In this document: positions 23,835 to 34,668 of the stretch, one piece after another
How positions within the stretch are numbered: the first letter of the stretch is position 1
How the letters are laid out: each line of letters opens with the position of its first letter
From: Folioceros fuciformis
Lineage: Eukaryota
Length of the DNA: 54,972 nucleotides
Direction of reading: 5' to 3'
Assembly (NCBI GenBank): GCA_049999805.1
Contig: JBNGIO010006183.1
Location: 72,550 to 127,521, forward strand
Notes under the pieces: generated by a model
What the model was told of the DNA's origin: nothing
What the model saw: the letters and a program-made list of their open reading frames with translations, nothing else
The model's database searches: none
Made by a program: the position numbers and the translations under genes

Positions 23835-25697
23835 ATGGGGGAAGGGAATGTGTACCCGGATGGCCGCGACAGTTTGGAGGACATCTTCAGCGCTAGAGGG
23901 CTTCCCAGAAGGAACTGGCCGATGCCGCAACCATTGGAGAGGAGGGATGCCTTCATGATGCCCGTTGCTATTTGGGCGCTGGCTCGCCTGCCACAGTCGG
24001 AGACTGACATCCGCCCGCGTAGCCCTGACTCCTTTGAAGAAGAGTGGGATAGGATGGAGGCTGAGCTATCGGATTGGGACGAGGATGAGCCTGCGGCAGA
24101 AGGTGGGGACTCGGCGCCATCGCACTTGGAGACGGCTCCAGCTCCGGTTCCGCTACCGCACGGCTATCGGTCCACGCGAGTGCTCATTCCTTTCAGCTGC
24201 TTTCACTACACTAACGACGTCGACCTCAACGGCCCAGCAGAGCATCAACTCAGTGCGTCAGCTCGGGAGCGAAGGATGGCTGAAGACGCCGAGTTCGAGC
24301 GGGCCCTGAACGCCGGCCTTTTCGCGCCACCTCGCCACTGGACTGACGAGGAGAGAATGATCCAGACTCCGGTGCTGGTGGACAGCCGGCGGTGCTTGGA
24401 TCTGCAGCCTGAAGAGATGGAAATCATCTGTCGCAGCCGCGGGGAGTGCAGTACCGGATCCGGATCTGAGGTGGGCGAATCATCGGCCAGGCGCCGTTTG
24501 CTGGAAGGGCCGGGCTTGTCTACCTGGGCTTGGACTGTCGGAGGCCCTAGCATGCCCGGTGGCAACGACAACGTTAATGCTCAATCACCCAACCTCAAGC
24601 TCAAGTCCGTGATCGAGGTGAGTATTGCCGTTGAAGTTTGAGGAGGCCATGGAGGATCCCGGTTGAGAGGCATGCTGACCCCCCCTACGTTTGCAGGATC
24701 CGGAGGACCTCTCCACAGGATCGACGAATATCTATGCCAACTTTGCGGCGGGTGTGGGTCACCTCTCATCACTGGCACCGGAAACCCTGGAGGATGAACT
24801 GAACCGGCTAACGCTGCAGCTGGGGTCTTCCGATGCTGTGGCAGTTGATGGTGCTCCAGGGGATGCCCTGCCGAGCTCTACGAAAAAAACCAAGAAGCGA
24901 CAGCTACTCGGAGGCAAGGAAGGGCGCGAGGGCAAGATCATGGCAGTTAGCTCATCGTCAAAAGATCGCGTAAGGAGAGCATTAGCCACCGCTGTATTTC
25001 ATGCTGAAGCTCTTGTACGTGAGACTCGTCGGGTTGCAAGCTCACTCGACATCCAAGCCAGAAGCTTTCGCGTGAATCGCGTTAGAAGAGCATCCAGGCA
25101 CCACAACAACACACGTCGACGGAGGGCGACACCAGCAGCTGAAGGAGGAGCCTCTGCTTTCCCCTCATCCCCAGGATCGAGAGTCGGAATGGACCTGAGC
25201 AGATTACCGGTCCTGGACCAGCTGTACAACACGCTTGTGCAGCATCCGCCGAGTCCCCAAGGTTTCGCTCGGGGGAGTCTGACTACTGCACGAGGTTAGA
25301 GGTTAACGAGGAAGCTCTCAAGTAAACTGAAGGAGTTTACTTGCGAGCTCTTCAATATTTTGGCCAGCGTCTGGCATGAGCAGCTGATGCTAATCGTGAC
25401 ACGTGTGTGCGTCGTAGGAGCTGCACATCTGGAGTCCACGGGACTGTTGCCTGATCTCAGCCAGCTTACTCTCGTGGAAGAGGCTGACTCTGCTGTCCCC
25501 GCTGACTCAGAAATGACGGGACATCACCGTAAGCCATCGTTCCGATTCCGATAATCACATTGCTAGGGCCCAAGGGTGTCTGGCTGCAGCTTTTTCCCAT
25601 GTTGTTGAAAGCAGCTAACAGATGTGCGTGAATTCCAGCAGGGGTAAGCGGGCCAGCCGATGGCCGCAACACTTCTGCGTCAGCTGGATCGCCCTGA
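23835..25697 (+). CDS. Protein of unknown function, island paralog A (4 exons)
   Basis: Frame-consistent GT-AG model: 23835-24617, 24697-25294, 25418-25528, 25639-25697 (NAGNAG acceptor). Clear peptide similarity to paralog C (e.g. EFERALNAGLFAPPRHWTDEER, PETLEDELNRLT, AAEGGASA). Confidence 0.7.
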
Positions 25698-26779
25698 GAC
25701 AGGTACCATGTGCAGCGTGCAAGATGAAGACATCAACTGCTCTACCAAGGATCGAGATCATGGGAAGTGCTAAAATTGTTTGACATTCTCTCACACGGTG
25801 CAATGCTTTGTACATTTGGCAACAGATGGTCATGAGGCCATCTTGGAGGCTTCTGAAGACGATCGATGCAGCTTGCCTGCAGGGCCAATTCCAAGACGTT
25901 CTCAGACATTTTGTAGTAGCCAGTAGCTAGTAGCAAGTGGCCACGAGCCCTGGTTGTACCCGAGGCTCGGAAACTCGTTACAAACTGGGCTAGACGCAAG
26001 CTCTTTCTGTGCTCACGTCGATATTCCCTCCAAACACTTCACATCATTTTGATACCCGACCATTTTCTGCAATCCTGTGTTACAGAAGAGGAGAACATCA
26101 GGAGCGTCGTGGTGTGGACTCCCACTGTAAACCTAGACAAGTAGATTCAATCTTTCTTATTTTAAGAATGTTCACCTACGGCGTTCCGGGTCCAGGCGTT
26201 TCACGATGGGAATCCCCTGGTGAACCTATTTTCCCAAACCCAGATGCCATAGAGCCGTCGGAGTTGTAAAAGGCACGTTGAGACGTTGAGAAGACGAGGT
26301 CACCTTCGAGGAAACCCCAACTGCACGCAAAGTGCAGACGGGAGGCCTGCTCACACCGGTTACTGGCTGGTTCGCGGTTTAAGCAAGCCGAACGGGGCAG
26401 ACGCGCGTGACCGTGGAGTCCACTTGTAAGGTAACGGGAAACGGGGAAAGGCACTTTCGTTTCGCTTTCTTTTCAGGGGACGTTGGAAGACTGTGGCAGT
26501 AGAGCAGCTGGCACGCGTCCACACCCGGTGGGGCCCCACTGCCTACTCCCAACCACAATGAAGTGTGTCTCGGTACGCACACGTCAGGGGTGCCTGCCAA
26601 CCACGTACCGCGTTGGACAGCAGTCCGTCGCTACTGCGATGGTCGCAGGCGGGGCAGTTTGTCCAGCGTTGAACAGTCTTCCGTCCCGTTCTTTTTTGTC
26701 TGACTGCGGGTATTCTACTGGCCAGGCGTGATTCTACCCCCGGGTCCTTAAACCCTCCTCTCATTTCAATCCTTATCAA

Positions 26780-28700
26780 CTTTTGTCAATAGAGAAATTG
26801 AGGTTATAAAAATCATAAAAAAGTTATATAGTAGTATATGTGCTAAATAGAAAGAAAATTTGCATGACCTCTTATGCACTTCATGGTATTTTAGTTGGTA
26901 ATAATAACTCGCTAACACACTATGCAATTATGCAATGTATAGATCGTAAGAGGTATAGTTTGTCTTAATTTAAGTTTGTTTTACTCGAGGTGTTGTTTGG
27001 TGACTTGTCTTCCATGGACAATAGAGACACTTCAAGTTATAACATACTTGAAGTATCAAACTTGAATTGTCATAGTTTATCGTGGTTTTCCGTCTTTTAA
27101 GTGTGCATGTCTAGGTTGTCTCACTAGAGGTATTGAAAACTTTGTCTTAGTGGCTGGTCTTTATTTGAGTTTATACTTTTTGATCTAGAGTTTGTTATAC
27201 TTAAGCTGTTGTTAAGCTTATCTTGTTTGAAGTGTATGTGTGCGACACTCAATTGTTAGAGTGTGTGTCAATTAAGGTGGACTACGGTGACTTTGTTTGA
27301 ATGGCCCCAATTGGTCTTTGTCTAACTGTATGCTATTTGTTCTCAAGTTTGTCTTACTCAAGGTGTTGTGCGGCTTATCTCATTTGACGTGACGGGTACT
27401 GCACGAGCACGTTAAGTTTGTCCATCTCACTCAAGGTGTTGTCCTTGTTCGACTTATCTTATTTGAAGATGATGTGACTCAGTTTGTGCATCTGGTATCT
27501 CAAGATGTTGTGAACTCAAGGTGTTGTCCTTGTTTGACTTATCTTATTTGAATATGATGTGACTCAGTTTGTGCACATAGTATCTCAAGGTGTTGTGAAC
27601 TCAAGGTGTTGTCCTTGTTTGACTTATCTTATTTAAATATGATGTGACTTAGTTTTTGCACGCTGGTATCTCAAGGTGTTGTGACTATTTGTGAGCACGT
27701 TTAGCTTGTCCATTTCATTCACAGTGTTGTCCTTGTTTGGCTGATCTTATTTGAATATGATGTGACTTAGCTTGTGGAGAGTGGTATCCTTGTCCGATTG
27801 ATCTTACTTGATGTGACTCTATGCACGGCTAATCTTAAGTTTGTCTCACTCCAAGTGGTGCCCATGATGTCTCACAGACCAAGTGGTCTTTATCTAAGTT
27901 TACACTTTTTGTTCTCAAGTTTGTCTTACGCAAGTGTTGTCCACCCTGGTCCCGACATCTAACTATATTTAAAATGTTTGTGTGCACGTAGAGTTTGTGT
28001 CTCGTAACCTCGTGTGTGTCTGACTTTATCTTGATGGCCTTCAAGATGTTGTCCGGTTGGCTTTGTCTTGGTAACCTTGTCCTTGTGTGTGTGAGCACAT
28101 GAGGTGAACTTTGTCTTGATCAAGGTATTATTTAGTTTTGTCCTAATGACCTTGTCCTTGACGTGCATGACTATGTGAACACATCAAGTAAACTTTGTCT
28201 CACGCTACATATTACTTGGTTTTGTCCTGATGATCTCATCTTTGAAGTCTCAATCAAGGTCAAGGTGTCCTGGTGACCATATCTTTTGAAGTGCACATAA
28301 AGCAAGGTCAAGGGCAAGGTCATTAGGACAAAGCCAAACAACTTGAAGTCTCACTCAACTTGGTGAATGTTGAACGACTTCGTCTTATTGACAAGCTTGT
28401 GTTTGTCTAACTTATAGTGTTGTACAACTTTGTCTAGCCTTCTCCCTCGTCCTTGTCGAAGAGCTTGTGTCATTGGAATTGGAGTTTGTCTTACTCAAAG
28501 AGACAATGTGTTATCTATCTTTGAAGCATATATCCATTTTCACTTTGAGTTTAAAATGTCACTCCAAGCTGCGTGTTCCAAGACTTCGTAGTCAAGGTTT
28601 AATTGTAGGACCATACTGTCTTGGAATAAAATCTTCATCCTACATTCTCAGACTTAATATGAGCTGCAACAAACAAACAATATGTACATACATATGTAGC
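26780..28700. repeat. AT-rich, TTGTC-rich degenerate repeat block including an 85-bp tandem repeat (27430-27770)
   Basis: ctcaaggtgttgtccttgtttgacttatcttatttgaatatgatgtgac starts at 27430, 27515 and 27600, plus a partial copy. Flanks are dense in ttgtc/ctcaag words and have no credible ORF. Confidence 0.75.
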
Positions 28701-28919
28701 AAAGAAAACATGCAAGAAGAAAGTGAGACAAAGGCTGGGCTGGGCTGGGCTGCGGCTCAAAACACCTTGGCGCGCGCTGGTGCCTACGCTCTGTATTTAT
28801 ACAATACTGTATGGCAGTATGTGGTACATTTGGCCATGCCACGGTTCCCGCCCGATCGAGCGACGGTAATACAAGCATTACGACACGCGGCGATCCCCTC
28901 CATGTCGGGTCCCATCACC

Positions 28920-29130
28920 TGGAGCGGGAAGCGGGAGCTTCTGGATGGTGTGTTGGGACCGGGGAGAGAGCGGGATCGGCCCATCGGATCTAGGTCGGAA
29001 GCGGGAAGTGGGAAGCGGGAAGCGGGAGCTTCTGGATGGTGTGTTGGGACCGGGGAGNNNNNNNNNNAGAGTGGGATCGGCCCATCGGATCTAGGTCGGA
29101 AGCGGGAAGCGGGAAGGAAGGAGAGTGGGG
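28920..29130. repeat. Short GC-rich direct duplication spanning a 10-N gap
   Basis: gaagcgggagcttctggatggtgtgttgggaccggggag...gggatcggcccatcggatctaggtcggaagcgggaag occurs twice. It may partly reflect assembly across the gap. Confidence 0.6.
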
Positions 29131-29697
29131 ATCGGGCTCCGGGCGCGACTACGAGCGAGCGGGTTCGAGTTCCCTTCGACCGGCCACCATTACGTCCTTC
29201 CCACGTTTGCTCCTTCCAATTCCAGAATGTGCCATGATTCCTTTCCGATTTACCTCTGCATGCACCGACTTGGCCGAAGCGGCCAGTGCCGTTGCCCAAC
29301 CCTATCGGACAGCCCAGGCAGGCGCAATAAACCAACATGTGTAGACAGTCAACATTAGGCCGATCCGTGCGTACAGCAAGAATCAAGCAAGTTCAGGCGT
29401 GACGGAGCCGGCTCAAAGACTGAGCCCAGGAATCGGTCGGCCCCAGAATTGCCAGCTCTGGACTGTACGTATGTACATTCCTGGTGGCCCCCCTTGCCTC
29501 TCCTCGGGCGCGTTTCACCCGCCCTCCTCCCCTCATCCTCATCACTTCTTTCCTCGCACTCTTGCGGGTGGCGGACGCGCGGCCTGAGCGGCGCAGAGTG
29601 AGGTGCCGGTAGAGCCTCTGGCGGCCATACCAGCGCCAGCTTCGTGAATCTGGGGAGGAAGCTGCGAGAGCGCTGAGCACAGGATTTGGAGGGGAAG

Positions 29698-30745
29698 ATG
29701 GCACAGGGAGGTCCTTCTCGCGGACACCGGAGCGGGTTCGAAGGCGGTCCGAACCCGCAGCCGAAGAAGGTAAAGCCTGCGCAATGAAGAGTTGCACCCC
29801 AAAGTTGTTTTGGAGCCTTGTTGTCTGGCTGCAGGAGCCCGTGAAATGTGTGTAAGAAGGTCCCTTTAGCGTTGCGACGCATCCTTGACCACCACCCCGT
29901 TTGCATTTGCAGGAGGAGATCGAAGACAAGAACAACGAGCCGAACGGCATGGAGGACGTGCCCGTGGACGGCACCCGGGAGCAGTCGGAAGCAACGCAGC
30001 CGGGAGCGCCGTCGCTGGTGCCACAGGAAGGGCCCAAGAAGAAGAACAAGAAAAAGAAGCGGCACATGAAGGGGAAGTTTCCGGATATCCCGGACAAGCT
30101 GGAAGACGACCCGGAGGTGCCCTTGTGCTCCGACGGAATGGTCTATCTGTACACGCTGAGCTTCATCGCGAAGCATGCCTATCCATCCTCGCTGGAACCA
30201 GAATTCGGAAAGTCTCTGGCCGATGCTGCGAACGATGCTTTCGAGCGGTACGCGAACGGCGATACTTCATGCAATGGCCTTCGGTTTACCATCTCTCCAG
30301 CAGGTGAGATCCCGAGCACATTCATGAGGACTTAGATGGGAGTCGTGTATTTGAGATAAACTGCTCTTGCTCTTGATTTTTAATTTTTGCAAACGGTTCG
30401 CATGACCAGCTGCTGATCATATTCGTGTGCCGGCTTCCTTCACAGAGCCTGATCCGGACACCATGTGGCGTCGAGCGAATCCGAACCAGGTCAGTGTTGT
30501 GGAGATGGCTCACTCCAACGACCCCGCAGACTCCGAGCTGGCTGAGCGCAGCTCGAACGCTTATGGTAAGGCGTGTTTTGCATATACGTTCTGTTTCATC
30601 TTACAGTAAGGGCTAGGCTAGGCTAGCGCTAGCGTTGTGTGTAGCTGCAGCTTGTGCCATGTGGTTCAAAACAGCTGACAGACGTGCGTGATTTTCAGGC
30701 ATGACAAGCGCTCCAGCTGGTGGTGACATCGCTGCCGTCCCATAA
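29698..30745 (+). CDS. Protein of unknown function, island paralog B (4 exons; short, Lys-rich NLS-like tract)
   Basis: Frame-consistent GT-AG model: 29698-29769, 29913-30303, 30446-30565, 30699-30745. Exons 3-4 and their splice contexts are homologous to those of paralogs A and C. Contains PKKKNKKKKR. Confidence 0.65.
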
Positions 30746-31649
30746 GAGGTAAACATCCGACTGAAGTCCATTCATCTAAGATGCGATGTGCTAACAATGT
30801 CTCTTAGACGACCAAGAAGCATGGAAATTGATCAAAGCTAGCTTACTACTTGCCTTCGACCCGCTCTCACACCTGTTGCTGTTGTCTACATTTGCCAACA
30901 GATGTGGCCGTCGTGGATACGTGAGATGCGTGTCCTACCAAGCTCCGTTGAACAGAGATATGGGGAGACGGATATATAACGTATGTTGGTCCAGGTGCTA
31001 AGCTTACGGTGTTACAAAGCGTTGAGACCCAGGAGACGTAGACGATAGATGCAAGCGGGCAGAGCGCACCTGCGGCACACGTCGAAGAATTTAGATACCA
31101 GCCGTCGTAGGGACCCCGTGCCTTGAGGAACTTGTCAAAACTTGCTCGATCCAAACGCTCCGCTGAAGCACTCAGTATGTTATTTGATATTAAGTTTTGG
31201 TTTGGTTATGCTTTAATAATAATATATGTTTTGAGACCTGACGAGAGAAAAGGCCTCTTAAAAGCGTGGCCGTCTGTGCAAGAGTTTCTTAATCATTAAT
31301 TAGCTAAGCCATGACGAGCGACAAATCATAAGTACTGTATGTATGTAATTAGGCGGACTGCTAACAGCCTAACCAGGAAGCCCCCAGTATAGAACGATAT
31401 TAGACTGTGGACGCCGTCCACACTGGCTGTCACTCAGTAACGGGTATTAAGGCCGGAGGACCTGTCCGTGACTTATTGTCAGGGAGAACGTAACGGGAAA
31501 GAAGAAACGGGATGCATATGCATTTTGAGGACCGTTGAAACAAAGGCTGGTCTGGGTTGGGTATCGCGGTCGCAGCAGTCGCAACCGCGACACCGCTGGC
31601 TGTGTCCCTTGCCTGCCACGCCTCGCTGCCTACCTCCACTGGAATAAAG

Positions 31650-32560
31650 TCTGTCCCGGTACCCACATGACATCACAGTCCTGTCCCGGTACCCACTGGG
31701 CACCCTGCTACCCGTGTCGCAGTACCTATCCTCTGGGCACCAAGCTACCCGCACTTATCTGTCGCGGTACACAACTCACTGGGCACCCCGCTACCAGCAC
31801 TTATCTGTCGCGGTACATAACCCACGAGGCACCCAACTACCCGCACTTATCTGTCGCGGTACACAGCTCACTGGGCACCGAGCTACCCGTGTCGCGGTAC
31901 ACAACCCACTGGGCACACCCAGCTACCCGCTTTAGTCTGTCGCGGTACACAACCCACTGGGCACCCAGCTACTCGAACCGGTCTGTCGCGGTACAGAACC
32001 TACTGGGCACCCAGCTACTCGAACCAGTCTGTCGCGGGACACAATCCACTGGGCACCCAGCTATCCGCACTGTCTGTCGCGGCACACAACCTTCTGGGCA
32101 TCCAACTCCCCGCACTAACCTGTCGCGGTACAGCACCCCACGTTGGGCCCCCGCTACCCGCACCCGTCTGTCGCGGTACACAACCCACAACCCGCACTAT
32201 CCAGTCGCGGTACCCACTCAACTGGGAACCCAACTACCCTCACTAGTCTGTCGCGCTACTCTCCCAACTGGGGCCCCAACTACCCTGACTGGCGTGTCGA
32301 GGTACCCAAGCCGATGGGCACCCCGCTACCCGCACTAGTCTATCTCTGTCGCGGTACCCAAGCTATAGGCACCACGCAAACCCCACAGTCTGGGCTGACT
32401 GGGCACCCGGCTACCTCCGGTCTTCGCACCCCACACAGCTCCAGGCTGCCACCTCGGGTGTCTCGGTACCGTCCCAGCACCGGCAAGCTGCCACATGCAG
32501 TGTACCCTCTGGGCACCCCCACCCCGCAACGTCCACTGTCGCGGTGCGAGCACTCACCCA
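31650..32560. repeat. GC-rich ~46-bp minisatellite, ~19 degenerate copies
   Basis: Core ctgtcgcggtacacaacccactgggcacccagctacccgcac repeats with a period of ~46 bp (e.g. 31759, 31805, 31851, 31937, 31983, 32029). Confidence 0.92.
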
Positions 32561-32827
32561 GTTGTCTGCCTGCCTTGGACGGCACGTCAGTGGGTGACAA
32601 GGTTCCAAGACCCAACCCCGCGCACTGGCGTTGCAAACCCAGGCTCGCCTTCAGGCTGCGGGCCCATTTGTCGTTTGGCATACCCCAAGTTAATACAATC
32701 AAGCTAGCTGTGAAGAGAACATTTAACCAAATTATATGGAAGTGATGATACCTAAGAACCATAAAACAGTAGGAATGATCAATTGAGATAGTATCTTTAT
32801 GCGTACAACTTGGCCTTTGCTTCTTGG

Positions 32828-33130
32828 GTCGATGATGAAACATCATCAATGTTAGATTGAGATTGTTATGCTTTTGTCCTTGGTAGTTGTCTTCAAGGGA
32901 CTTTGTGCATTGAAAGGAACATCTATCCGTATATTGTGTCCGACTATGTCTCTGTTTGCATTTGGTGTTTGTCTGCGTCGATGATGAAACATCATCAATG
33001 TTAGATTGAGATTGTTATGCTTTTGTCCTTGGTGGTTGTCTTCAAGGGACTTTGTGCATTGAAAGGAATGTCTATCCGTAGAATGTGTCCGACTATATCT
33101 TTGCTTGCATTTGGTCTTTGTCTGCGCGGG
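32828..33130. repeat. ~149-bp direct tandem duplication in an AT-rich TTGTC-rich block
   Basis: gtcgatgatgaaacatcatcaatgttagattgag... at ~32828 and ~32977, each beginning with the inverted repeat gatgatg-aaa-catcatc. Confidence 0.88.
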
Positions 33131-34668
33131 CTTTGTCCTTTATAGAAGCTTTTAGTTTTGTCCGTAGAATTTGTCCGACTTTGTCTAGAGCNNNNNNNNN
33201 NNNNNNNNNNNNNNNNNNNNNNNNNNNNNNNNNNNNNNNNNNNNNNNNNNNNNNNNNNNNNNNNNNNNNNNNNNNNNNNNNNNNNNNNNNNAGAATTTGT
33301 ATGACTTTGTCAAAAGTGTAGTAGTCCTCGTATTGTCTCTCTCTGTTATTATAGCTTCTGTTTGACTTTGTGAAGAGTTTAGTGTTTGTCCTACGAGCTA
33401 CGGTCTCTCTTCTGCTGCAATAGTTTCGATCGAACTTTGTCTACAATGTTTGCACAATTTTGTACATGGCATTTATTTGACTTTGTCTAACATTCCTGTC
33501 ACTATAGATAGGTGTCGTCACTAGAATGAGAGTTGGTTGGACCTTCATGTTTAACATTGTCCTATTGACAGCATGTCATATCTTCTAAGGAATTCATGTC
33601 CTTATTTTGATGACTTGTGCTATCATACCTTTATCCTTGTCTTTAGAGACATGTATACGCATATGAAGTGAGAACAAAGAGTCTAAGTTTCATGTACTAT
33701 ATGAGTTTTGTTATTCCATATTTCTTTAATTTTACTCTATTAAAGTTTTAATAGCATAAATACTAGTTCAGGACTTATATATATGTATATATACTTACCA
33801 TACGATAACCATCGACGAGATAACATATACGACGACATAACGTACAATACATGTACATACTTACATGTGTCCCGACTCCCAAACCCACGGTGATAATTTC
33901 GAAATGGGGAACACTTTGGGGGAGGAGGGGAGGGATGGCGCCTGGGAGGGGCTACGCCTACGCCTAGGCTAGGCCCAAGGCAGGAAGGGCCATGTGAAGT
34001 CAACATCGGAGCGATTCGAGTGTACAGCACAATCAGGGAGGGGCAGGAGGCCAGAGCCTGCCAGACGGCCGGGCCTGAACGGAGTGCGTCTGTGCAAGAC
34101 GTCCAGGCCTCCAAGGGAGGCGACGAATTAATACGCAGACTGAGAGTGTGTGGTGGAGGAGCGGGGACCGAGCCGAGCTGGGTCGGACCGGAGCCTCCTC
34201 GTAACATTAGCAAGGCCCCTCCCAAAGGCTTGTACCCAATTACCCACGTGAGAGCGCCGTAGCATGAGTAAATGACCCGCTGGCGTGATGCACCCAGCGC
34301 ACAAATTATCAGCCGGGGCATCGCCCGGCTTCACCCATTGCCAGCTCTGGACTGTACTGTACGCCATGGTTTTCGTCAGGGGCCACAGACCCACCCTTCT
34401 TTCCTTAAGTAGCCCCTCGCCTCTCCCTCTTTGCCACCCACCATCACTCGCTTTCTCGCATTTGCTCTCGGCCTCCTCAGCTCTCCGGTCTTCTCTTCCC
34501 TTCTCTTCCCTTCTCCTCCCTTCTCTTCTCTTCTCTTCTCTTCTCTTCCCCTCTCCTCTCCGCTCCGCTCTTGCCGGGCTTCTGCCTTCTGCCGGAAATT
34601 GAGCTCTGCTTCGCTACCGCTAGCGCCTTCGTGGAGGTCTGACAGTCTCAAAGTCCCCAGCAGCAGCC

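Noticed and set aside
28467-29386. 256-aa and 200-aa ORFs spanning the small N gap
   Set aside because: They cross a repeat junction and an assembly gap, with no coherent composition or homology.
31535-32745. 267-aa and 200-aa ORFs over the GC-rich array
   Set aside because: The ~46-bp period is not a multiple of 3, so the peptide rotates frames. Openness is explained by the stop-poor repeat.
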